64,000 bases of DNA from Myxococcota bacterium. Its GTDB lineage: Bacteria; Myxococcota_A; Polyangia; Polyangiales; Sandaracinaceae. The stretch lies in NCBI GenBank assembly GCA_036149055.1, contig JAYZQJ010000182.1, forward strand, positions 1 through 64,000. The letters are read 5' to 3'. A model generated the notes under the pieces. The model had not been told where the DNA came from, ran no database searches, and worked only from the letters and a program-made list of their open reading frames with translations. Position 1 is the first letter of the stretch; every line of letters begins with the position of its first letter. The translations under genes and the position numbers were made by a program. Positions 20,800 through 28,821 of the stretch are shown here, piece by piece.

Positions 20800-21465
20800 A
20801 TGGGCGTCCTCTGCTTCTTCGCGACGTTCGCGGCGGTGCTCCTGGCCGCCGGCTGGGCGGCGGTCCGCGCGGCGGCCGAGGCGCGCGCCGGCGAAGATCG
20901 CTGGGGGCAGGTCATCGCGCGCGAGGAGCTGCGGGGCGACGGCGCCTTCCGCTCGAGCCGCCTCGTCGGCCTGCGCGGCCGGGCGATCCCCCGGATCGTC
21001 TGGCTGGCCGGCGTCCCGGGCACGGCGCTGGGCGTGCTGAGCGCTCTCGTCATCGCGCCGGCGAGCGCGCTGCTGTCGATGTACGCGGGGTTCGGCAGCG
21101 CGCGGATCATGGAGCCCCTGCTCTGGGTGGGGCTGCTGACGGCCGGCCTCTCCTTCGTCTCCGGGTACTTCGTCTTCGCCGCCTCCCAGGCGCTGCTCCG
21201 CTGCGAGCGCGGGGCGGGCGAGCGGGCCGAGCGGATCGGCGCGAGCGAGGCGATGCTCCACCTCTTCCCGGCGCTCATCTACTGCGCGCTCGCCGGCCCG
21301 ACCTCGGTGGCCGGCGTGGTCGCCCTGGTGCTGTGGAGCCCGGGCGCGATTCACGGCCTCTTGCTCCTGAGCGCGGGGCGGCGGGTGACCGCCATCCAGG
21401 AGGCGATGACCGACGAGGAGCGCGACGCCCTCCCCGAGCCTCCCGCGGTCCGGCCGTCGTTGTAA
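20800..21465 (+). CDS. Hypothetical multi-pass membrane protein (paralog 2)
   Basis: GAFR, CERG, PGAIHGLL and RRVTAIQEAMTDEERDAL mirror GAYR, CEWG, PGLLHAGL and RRVRAIQASLTPDERDRL of the previous gene. Confidence 0.7.
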   Translation: MGVLCFFATFAAVLLAAGWAAVRAAAEARAGEDRWGQVIAREELRGDGAFRSSRLVGLRGRAIPRIVWLAGVPGTALGVLSALVIAPASALLSMYAGFGSARIMEPLLWVGLLTAGLSFVSGYFVFAASQALLRCERGAGERAERIGASEAMLHLFPALIYCALAGPTSVAGVVALVLWSPGAIHGLLLLSAGRRVTAIQEAMTDEERDALPEPPAVRPSL

Positions 21466-21474
21466 GCTCCGCCC

Positions 21475-23550
21475 GTGCTGTCTCCCGGACAGATCGTGGC
21501 GGGCAAGTACCGGATCGATCGCCAGCTCGGCGCGGGCGGCATGGGCGCGGTCTACGTCGCGACCAACATGGTCCTGGAGAAGCAGGTCGCGCTGAAGGTG
21601 ATGGGCGCCGGCTTCCAGCAGCACACCGACTGGGTGCAGCGCTTCTTCCGCGAGGGCGTCGCCGCGTCGAAGGTGCGCCACCCCGGCGTGGTCCAGGTCT
21701 TCGACGCCGGCGACCACGAGGGCGCGCCGTGGATGGCGATGGAGCTGCTCGAGGGCGAGAGCCTCGGGGAGCGGCTCGCGCGGGTCGGCCGGCTCTCCGC
21801 CGCGGAGACCGTGCGGATCGCGTCCGGGGTGCTCGGCGCGCTCGAGGCGGTGCACGCGGTCGGCGTCGTGCACCGCGATCTCAAGCCCGACAACGTCTTC
21901 CTCGAGCGCACGGCGGAGGGCGAGCGGACCAAGGTGCTCGACTTCGGCATCGCCAAGGAGGCGGAGGCGATCAACGGGCTGACCGCGACCGGGATGATCG
22001 TCGGCACCGCCCACTACATCGCGCCCGAGCAGGCGCGGGACAGCAAGACGGTGGACCCGCGCACCGATCTCTACGCGATGGGCGTGATCCTCTTCGAGTG
22101 CCTGAGCGGCCAGATGCCCTACGAGGCGGAGACGGTCCCCGAGCTCATCGCCAAGATGTACAGCGAGCCGCCGCGGGAGCTCGCGCGGCTGGCCCCCGAC
22201 GTGCCGCCGCCGCTCGCGCGGGTGGTGCACGCCTGCCTCGCGCGGGATCCGTCGCACCGGCCGCAGTCCGCGCGCCAGCTCGCCGAGGCGCTCTCGGCCG
22301 CCCGCTCGCCCGACGCGCACACCGGCCCGGTGAGCCAGCCGAGCCCGGCGTGGCGAGACGCCGGCCTGGCGCCGGGCGGCACCGCGCCGCTGCCTTCTCC
22401 GCCGGCCTCGCTGGCCACCCCGGCGGTGCCCCCCACGCGCGCGCGGGCCCCGGAGCGCGGCCGCTCGGTCTGGCCCTGGATCATCGGCGGGGTGGTGGTG
22501 CTGGGCCTCGGCGTGCTCGGGACCCTGGTCGCCATCGTCGGACTCGGCGTGTGGACGGCGGCGAGCGTGGCCGAAGGGATCGCGGAGGGCGGCGGCGGCT
22601 TCGGCGGCGCGCTCGACTTCGATCTCCCCGAGGCGAGCCGGGTGGTCATGCTCCGGGACGTCGACGGCGACGGGATCGAAGACGTGATCGGGTCGGTCAT
22701 GCGCCTCGAGGGGGGCGACATGGTCAGTCACTTCGCCGCCTACGACGGCGAGACCGGGCGCCGGATGTGGCTCAGCGAGGCCCTCGGCCCGGTGGACGGC
22801 CGGACCCACGCGCGCGCCGCGCTGGTGGGGGACACCCTGCTCTACGCGACGCCGACCGGCACGCTGTACGGCTACGACGCGCGGGAGGGGCGGCCGCGCT
22901 GGCAGTTCAACCTGGGCGAGCGCGTCGAGACGTTCTGCGCCGCCGGCGAGAGCGAGGCGATCGCGGTGCTCGCCGACGAGACGCGGCGCCGCGTGGCGCT
23001 CTCGGACGGCGCGAGCCGCCCCGAGCCCGACGGCGGCTGCGGCGCGCTGATGACCGACGCCCTGCCGCCCTTCTCTCGAGAGCAGACGCTCACCCACTGG
23101 CGCGAGCGCGAGGAGTACGAGGTCGAGGTCGACGGCATGTCGGTCGCGGCGGCGTTCGTCGATCCGCGCGCCGACCGGATGCTGGTGATCGGGCAGCGGC
23201 GCCCGGGCACCGCCTCACCTCGGGTCGCGCTGGTGGCCACGAGCGGCGGCTGGACGAGCGAGGTGCCGGGGGTCTCTCCCCTCTCGGCGGAGGCCGACGA
23301 TCCGGCGGCCACCTTCCTCGACGACGAGGCGGTGTTCCTCGCCTACACGATGGAAGGAGACGCCCCGGCCCGGGTCACCGCGCTCGCGCTCGACGGCGGC
23401 CGGCGGCTCTGGGACCAGCCGCTCAGCGCCTCTCACTTCGACCCCCGCTACGTCGTCGCCGGTCGCCAGCGCGTCGCCGTCGGCCACGGCGGCCACCTCG
23501 ACGTCTACGACCGCGCGACCGGCGAGCACGTCCTACACCTCGGCCGCTAG
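21475..23550 (+). CDS. Membrane Ser/Thr protein kinase with extracytoplasmic PQQ-like beta-propeller
   Basis: GAGGMG, VALK, HRDLKPDN, DFG, APE; TM helix; DVDGDGIED loop; DxxTGxxxW repeats. Confidence 0.92.
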   Translation: MLSPGQIVAGKYRIDRQLGAGGMGAVYVATNMVLEKQVALKVMGAGFQQHTDWVQRFFREGVAASKVRHPGVVQVFDAGDHEGAPWMAMELLEGESLGERLARVGRLSAAETVRIASGVLGALEAVHAVGVVHRDLKPDNVFLERTAEGERTKVLDFGIAKEAEAINGLTATGMIVGTAHYIAPEQARDSKTVDPRTDLYAMGVILFECLSGQMPYEAETVPELIAKMYSEPPRELARLAPDVPPPLARVVHACLARDPSHRPQSARQLAEALSAARSPDAHTGPVSQPSPAWRDAGLAPGGTAPLPSPPASLATPAVPPTRARAPERGRSVWPWIIGGVVVLGLGVLGTLVAIVGLGVWTAASVAEGIAEGGGGFGGALDFDLPEASRVVMLRDVDGDGIEDVIGSVMRLEGGDMVSHFAAYDGETGRRMWLSEALGPVDGRTHARAALVGDTLLYATPTGTLYGYDAREGRPRWQFNLGERVETFCAAGESEAIAVLADETRRRVALSDGASRPEPDGGCGALMTDALPPFSREQTLTHWREREEYEVEVDGMSVAAAFVDPRADRMLVIGQRRPGTASPRVALVATSGGWTSEVPGVSPLSAEADDPAATFLDDEAVFLAYTMEGDAPARVTALALDGGRRLWDQPLSASHFDPRYVVAGRQRVAVGHGGHLDVYDRATGEHVLHLGR

Positions 23551-23569
23551 CGACCGCGAAGCGGTCGCT
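23549..23569 (+). terminator. Hairpin directly after kinase stop
   Basis: AGCGACCGC-GAA-GCGGTCGCT perfect 9-bp stem; no U-tract. Confidence 0.45.
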
Positions 23570-23599
23570 CCCGTGCCCCTGCCCGTGCCCGTGCCCGAG
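23570..23599. repeat. Hexamer tandem repeat (CCCGTG-type x5)
   Basis: CCCGTG CCCCTG CCCGTG CCCGTG CCCGAG. Confidence 0.75.
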
Positions 23600-23665
23600 A
23601 AGCCAACCACGCGGCCCAGACCGCCCCTGGCGCCCCCGCGGCCTCATCCGGCATCATCGGTCGCG

Positions 23666-25804
23666 ATGGGCGCGCCGATCCACCTCGACAGTCGCATCGA
23701 CGCGGTGACCGTGTTTCGCGCGGGGGCCGTGGTCACCCGGGTGGCCGACGTGCCGAAGGAGGGAGAGCGCTTCGAGATCGGCCCGCTGCCGCTCGGGATC
23801 GACGACGGCTCGGTGCGGGTCTCGGTGACCGGGACCGACGCGCCGACCGCCACCGAGCTGGCGGTGACCCTGGTGGTGCCGGACTTCGATCCGAGCCGCC
23901 CGCCCGCGCGCCCGGAGGACGTGGAGACCGCCGAGCAGCGCGTCTCGAAGCTCCGCGATCAGCTGCAGCAGCTCACCCGCGAGGCGCAGCGGATCGAGAC
24001 CCTCGGGGTGGTCACCCGGCCCGAGCCGAAGCCGGGCCGCGAGCCTCCCCCCAGCCCGGCCGAGGCTCGCCTCGCCCTGCTGGCGCTGCGCGAGAAGCGG
24101 CTGACCGCGATCGACGACCGGCGCGATCGCATCCAGCGCGAGCTGCGGGACGCGGAGCGCAAGCTCGCCGATCTCTGGGACCGCGAGCGGACCGCCAGCA
24201 ACGCCCGCCGCGCGGAGCCGCACGAGCTCCGCAAGGCGGCGGTGATCGCCCTGCGGGGCGGCGCGCGCCACGAGCCGGCGCGCATCGCGCTCAGCTACCG
24301 GATCGACGCGGCGCGCTGGGCCCCGAGCTACACGCTGCGGCTCGATCGCGAGCTTCGCGAGGGGCGCCTGGAGGTCCGCGCCGCCGTCTGCCAGCGCACC
24401 GGCGAGGACTGGGACGGCGTCCGGCTCATGCTCTCGACCGCCGAGCCCACCGGCTGGGCCGAGCTGCCGGAGCTGCCGTCGATCCGGATCGGGAGGCGTC
24501 AGCCCCCGGCCACGAGGCGCGGCTGGCGACCGCCGCCCGAGGACACCGAGACGCTCTTCGCCGACTTCGACCGGGCGGCCCCGCGGGCGGGCGCGCCGAC
24601 GACGAGCGAGTCGTCGGTGATGGAGACCCTCGACGACGCGCCGATCGCGCGGAAGAGCAAGGTCCAGACGCTGCCGCCCCCCGCGCCCCCGGCGGTGCCC
24701 ATGCCGACCCCCGCCGCGCCGCCATCCCCTGCGCCGCGCCCCGAAGCGGCCGCGCCCGCGCCGCAGTCCATGACCCTGGCCGGCGGCTACGCCCCCGTGG
24801 CGCGCTCCAAGGGCGGCCCGCTCGCGATGTTCGGGGCGATCGCCGACGCGATGGCTCCCCAGGGCGGCGGCGGCCCGGGCGCGCTCGGCGACGACGGAGA
24901 AGAGGCCGAGGCGCGGCTGCCGCTCGAGGCGTCGGACGACATGCTCGACTACGCCCGGCTCAGGCTCGAGGCCCCGCACGCCGGCGGCCGGGGGCGCCTC
25001 GTGCTGAAGAGCCGCCGCGAGCTCTACCTGCGGCAGATCGAGGAGCGACAGATCGAGATCGACCTCGGGGGCGCGCTCGCCCTCGTCGAGCGCGAGCGCA
25101 GCCGCTGCCTCTCGCGCGCGCTGCCGCCGGGGCTCACGCCCCTCGCGCCGAGCGGGTTCGACTACGCCTACCGGGCGAGCGGCCGGGTCAACGCGCCCGC
25201 CGACGGCACCTTCCACAACCTGGCCCTCAGCGAGCACGAGGTGACGGCCCGCGCTCGCTTCGTGGTCGTGCCGCGCGAGAGCCAGAGCGCCTTCCGCTTC
25301 GTGGAGCTCGACAGCCCGCTCGACGCGCCGCTCCTCGACGGCCCGATCGACGTCTACGTCGGCGAAGACTTCTTGCTCACCGCGCCGCTCCACGAGGTCG
25401 GCCCGGGCGGCGTCGTGCGCCTCGGGCTCGGGGTGGAGCAGCGGCTCAAGGTCGCCCGCAACGCCCGCTTCTCCGAGCGCAGCGCCGGGCTGATGGGCGG
25501 CCGGCTCGAGCTCGAGCACGCCGTCGAGGTGGCGCTGAGCAACCAGCTGAGGCGGCCGGCGACCGTGGAGGTCCGCGAGCGCCTCCCGACCACCGCGGAG
25601 GGCGACGACGACGTGTCGGTGGTCGAGGGGGAGGTCACGCCCGCGTGGGAGGCCTGGGAGCCCGAAGACGATCCGAGCCTCGAGGGTGGGCGTCGCTGGG
25701 AGGTCGAGGTGCCGCCGGGCGAAGAGCGCACCCTGCGCGCGACCTACGTCGTGAAGATCGCCTCGAAGCACGAGCTGGTGGGCGGCAACCGGAGGGAGCC
25801 GTGA
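23666..25804 (+). CDS. DUF4140/DUF4139 domain protein
   Basis: SRIDAVTVFRAGAVVTR N-terminus; coiled coil; WAPSYTLR; QRTGEDWDGVRLMLST; Pro-rich insert; C-terminal beta domain (VRERLP). Confidence 0.85.
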   Translation: MGAPIHLDSRIDAVTVFRAGAVVTRVADVPKEGERFEIGPLPLGIDDGSVRVSVTGTDAPTATELAVTLVVPDFDPSRPPARPEDVETAEQRVSKLRDQLQQLTREAQRIETLGVVTRPEPKPGREPPPSPAEARLALLALREKRLTAIDDRRDRIQRELRDAERKLADLWDRERTASNARRAEPHELRKAAVIALRGGARHEPARIALSYRIDAARWAPSYTLRLDRELREGRLEVRAAVCQRTGEDWDGVRLMLSTAEPTGWAELPELPSIRIGRRQPPATRRGWRPPPEDTETLFADFDRAAPRAGAPTTSESSVMETLDDAPIARKSKVQTLPPPAPPAVPMPTPAAPPSPAPRPEAAAPAPQSMTLAGGYAPVARSKGGPLAMFGAIADAMAPQGGGGPGALGDDGEEAEARLPLEASDDMLDYARLRLEAPHAGGRGRLVLKSRRELYLRQIEERQIEIDLGGALALVERERSRCLSRALPPGLTPLAPSGFDYAYRASGRVNAPADGTFHNLALSEHEVTARARFVVVPRESQSAFRFVELDSPLDAPLLDGPIDVYVGEDFLLTAPLHEVGPGGVVRLGLGVEQRLKVARNARFSERSAGLMGGRLELEHAVEVALSNQLRRPATVEVRERLPTTAEGDDDVSVVEGEVTPAWEAWEPEDDPSLEGGRRWEVEVPPGEERTLRATYVVKIASKHELVGGNRREP

Positions 25805-27387
25805 ACGAGGTGGCCAGCGCCGAGCCGAGCGGCATCGAAGACGACGCGCGCGACCGGGAGCGCCGGGCGGTGAAGATCCCGGTCGACGAGGTCACGCTGC
25901 TCGAGGACCGGGCGCGGGTCGTGCGTCGGGCGACACTGCCGGTCTGGGCGGGCGTCACCCGGCTCCGGATCGATCGGGTCTCGCCGCTGATCGTGGACAA
26001 GACGCTGGCCGCGAGGGTCGACCAGGGCGAGATCCGCGACGTGCGCATCACGCGCCGCGCCGTCTACCAGACGCACGAGCGCGAGGAGACGCTCCGCGAT
26101 CTCGACGAGCAGATCGAGGAGACCGAAGACGCGGTGCGCCGGATGGAGCGACGCCTCGGGCGCATCGAGTCCGCGCTCGCGCTCCTCGAGGACGCGAGCG
26201 CGGCCACGCTCGACGAGCTCGCGACCGACGCGGCCTGGTCCCGGCTCGACCTCGAGCAAGCGGACGGCCGCTTCGACGAGCTGGGCGAGCGCGAGCGGTC
26301 GCTGCGCGAGGAGAAGCTCGGCGCCCAGCGCGCCCTGAACGAGCGCCGACGCGAGTTCGGCCGGCTCGGGGCCCGGCGGCAGGCGGTGAGCCAGCCCAGC
26401 GGCGAGCTCCGCGCCACGCTGCTCATCGACCTGGTGCGCGAGGAGGAAGGCGAGACGACGATCGAGGTCGAGTACCTCGTGCCCAACGCGTGCTGGCGGC
26501 CGCACCACCGCGCGACCCTCGAGGACGACGCGCTCCGCTTCGAGTGCGACGGCGCGGTGTGGCAGAACACCGGCGAGGACTGGGAGGACGTGCAGCTGCG
26601 CTTCTCCACCCAGCGCCCCTCGCTCGGCGCCGAGCCGCCCACGCTCACCACCGATCGCCTCCAGGTGCAGCGCAAGAGCGAGGTGCTGGAGGTGAGCGCC
26701 CGCGAGCGCACGATCGAGACCACCGGGCTCGGCCGCGCCTCCCAGGTCGCCCCGGAGCTGCCCGGCATCGACGACGGCGGCGAGGCCCTCGAGCTGCGCG
26801 CGCCGCACCGCGCGTCGATCCCCTCGGACGGCCGGGCGCACCGGGTGGGGCTCTTCGACTTCGAGAGCCCGGCCGAGGCGTGGCTCTGGTGCGCGCCCGA
26901 GCTGACCGCGTCGGTGCTGCTCAAGACCGCGCAGCGCAACGCGTCGAGGCACGCGATCCTCGCCGGCCCGGTCGACCTCGTGAAGAACGGCGGCCTCGTG
27001 GGCCGGACGAAGGTCCTCTACATCGCGCCGGACGAGCGCTTCGAGCTCGGCTGGGGCCCCGACCCGATGCTCCGGGTGCACCGCGAGCTCGAGGAGCGGA
27101 AGCCGGAGAAGAGCCTGCTCCGCAACTGGATCGGCGTGGACAAGACGGTCGACGTGAAGCTGAGCAACCTCGGCCCCGAGACCAAGCACATCGAGCTGGT
27201 CGAGCGCGTGCCGGTCTCCGAGATCGAGAAGGTGAAGATCGAGGTCGACGCCGAGGAGACCCACGAGGGCCGCCTCCCGGACGACGACGGCTTCGTGCGC
27301 TGGCTCGTCGAGCTCGCCCCGATGAGCCGCGAGCGTGTCAGGCTCCGATACACGCTGCGGCGCCACGGCGACGTCGTGGGTATTTGA
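25801..27387 (+). CDS. DUF4140/DUF4139 domain protein (MuiA-like)
   Basis: VTLLEDRARVVR; WRPHH; WQNTGEDWEDVQLRFST; ERVPVSE; GTGA overlap with previous gene. Confidence 0.85.
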   Translation: MNEVASAEPSGIEDDARDRERRAVKIPVDEVTLLEDRARVVRRATLPVWAGVTRLRIDRVSPLIVDKTLAARVDQGEIRDVRITRRAVYQTHEREETLRDLDEQIEETEDAVRRMERRLGRIESALALLEDASAATLDELATDAAWSRLDLEQADGRFDELGERERSLREEKLGAQRALNERRREFGRLGARRQAVSQPSGELRATLLIDLVREEEGETTIEVEYLVPNACWRPHHRATLEDDALRFECDGAVWQNTGEDWEDVQLRFSTQRPSLGAEPPTLTTDRLQVQRKSEVLEVSARERTIETTGLGRASQVAPELPGIDDGGEALELRAPHRASIPSDGRAHRVGLFDFESPAEAWLWCAPELTASVLLKTAQRNASRHAILAGPVDLVKNGGLVGRTKVLYIAPDERFELGWGPDPMLRVHRELEERKPEKSLLRNWIGVDKTVDVKLSNLGPETKHIELVERVPVSEIEKVKIEVDAEETHEGRLPDDDGFVRWLVELAPMSRERVRLRYTLRRHGDVVGI

Positions 27388-27482
27388 CCCACGTCCCCGC
27401 GCGGGGTCTCGCGCCATGATGACTGGGGTGTCATCTTGATGGCCGCGATGGTCACCCTCGATCGAGGGGGGGAGGACTCGAC

Positions 27483-27914
27483 ATGAAAGAGCAGACGCTG
27501 ATCGCCGTGGTCGACGACGATCCGATGTGGCTGGCCACCGCCGGCCGGATGCTGAGTCGCGACGGCTATCACGTGCTGCTGATCGGCGATCCCCTCGAGG
27601 CGCCGGAGCAGATCGCGGACGAGCGCCCGGCGGTGGTGATCCTCGACCTGGCGATGCCGGGGCTGAACGGGGTGGAGCTGGCCCGCGCGCTGCTGCGCGA
27701 CCTCGGCGAGCGGACACCGCCGATGGTGTTGATCAGCGGCGACCTGAGCGAGCTCGGTCGCGAAGACGGCGCCCTCTTCGAGGCGGCCTACGAGAAGCCG
27801 GTGTCGCTCCAGCAGCTGCTCAGCGAGGTCCGCCGCCTGGTGCGCGGCCAGAAGATCTCGGGCGTGCTCTCGCGCGACGACGTGATGAGCGCCGGCGAGG
27901 ACACCGGGAGCTAG
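27483..27914 (+). CDS. Single-domain response regulator
   Basis: VVDDD, ILDLAMPGLNG, ISG, EKP; GGAGG RBS. Confidence 0.9.
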   Translation: MKEQTLIAVVDDDPMWLATAGRMLSRDGYHVLLIGDPLEAPEQIADERPAVVILDLAMPGLNGVELARALLRDLGERTPPMVLISGDLSELGREDGALFEAAYEKPVSLQQLLSEVRRLVRGQKISGVLSRDDVMSAGEDTGS

Positions 27915-28783
27915 GCCGTCTTCCGCTTCTTGCGCTTCTTCTTCGGCGCGACCTTCTCGCCGAGGGTCGCCTCGGGCGCGTCGGCGAGGAGCGAGTCGAG
28001 GCGACCGACGCGGTGGCCGAGGATGCCGGCCATGAGCTCGCTCGTGTCGTAGCCCGAGCGCTGCGCGAGCAGGGTGAGGTCGAGCGCGATCTGGCTGGTC
28101 GCGATCTCGGCGATGGCCGCCGTCTCGCTGATGACCGCGTTGTCCGAGTCCTCGTTCTCGGTGGCGCCGATGAGCGTGCGCTGGTCGTCGGCGACGATGA
28201 CGAGGCGGTGCTTCCAGAAGGTCTCGAGGTCCGCCTCGTTCAGGCCGTAGCTGTAGTGCACGCCGGCGACCTCGTCGGGGATCCGGGAGTGGCTGAAGAT
28301 CCACGCCGTGACCTTGCGCCCGTGGGCGGCGGCGAGGGCGTCGGCGAGCTCGGTCAGCTCCCGCGGCCAGCCGCTGATCACGACGCGCTCCTCCGCGCCC
28401 TGGATGAGCTGCCGGGCCTCCTCGAGCACCCGGTCGTAACCGTGCACGCTGAACGCGTCGGGGATGGGCGGCGCCACGTCGAGGCTCTTCACCGCGTTCT
28501 CGAGCTGCGAGAGCGAGGTGTCGAAGCGGTCCCGCAGCAGGGTCAGCAGCGAGTCGCTCGGGGCGGCGACGAAGCGCTCCGGGTGACCGGGGATGGATCG
28601 CGCGGCGCCGGCGGAGACGAGCCGCCGCAAGGCGCCGTACACCGCGGAGCGCGGGATCTGGGCCTTCTGTCCGACCTCGTAGCCGGTGGAGGGGCCGCTG
28701 GAGATCAGGGCGGCGTACGCGCGGCTCTCGTTCAAGCTGAAGCCGTGCTGCGTGAGCGCCTGGATGAGATCTGCCTCGCCCAT
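27911..28783 (-). CDS. TrmB family transcriptional regulator
   Basis: GFSLNESRAYAAL, TGYEVGQKAQIPRSAVYGAL wHTH; C-terminal effector domain; basic tail KKKRKKRK. Confidence 0.9.
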   Translation of the reverse strand: MGEADLIQALTQHGFSLNESRAYAALISSGPSTGYEVGQKAQIPRSAVYGALRRLVSAGAARSIPGHPERFVAAPSDSLLTLLRDRFDTSLSQLENAVKSLDVAPPIPDAFSVHGYDRVLEEARQLIQGAEERVVISGWPRELTELADALAAAHGRKVTAWIFSHSRIPDEVAGVHYSYGLNEADLETFWKHRLVIVADDQRTLIGATENEDSDNAVISETAAIAEIATSQIALDLTLLAQRSGYDTSELMAGILGHRVGRLDSLLADAPEATLGEKVAPKKKRKKRKTA

Positions 28784-28821
28784 GCCCGTCCTGATAGCAC
28801 ATCGAGCGCCTCAGGCGTGAG

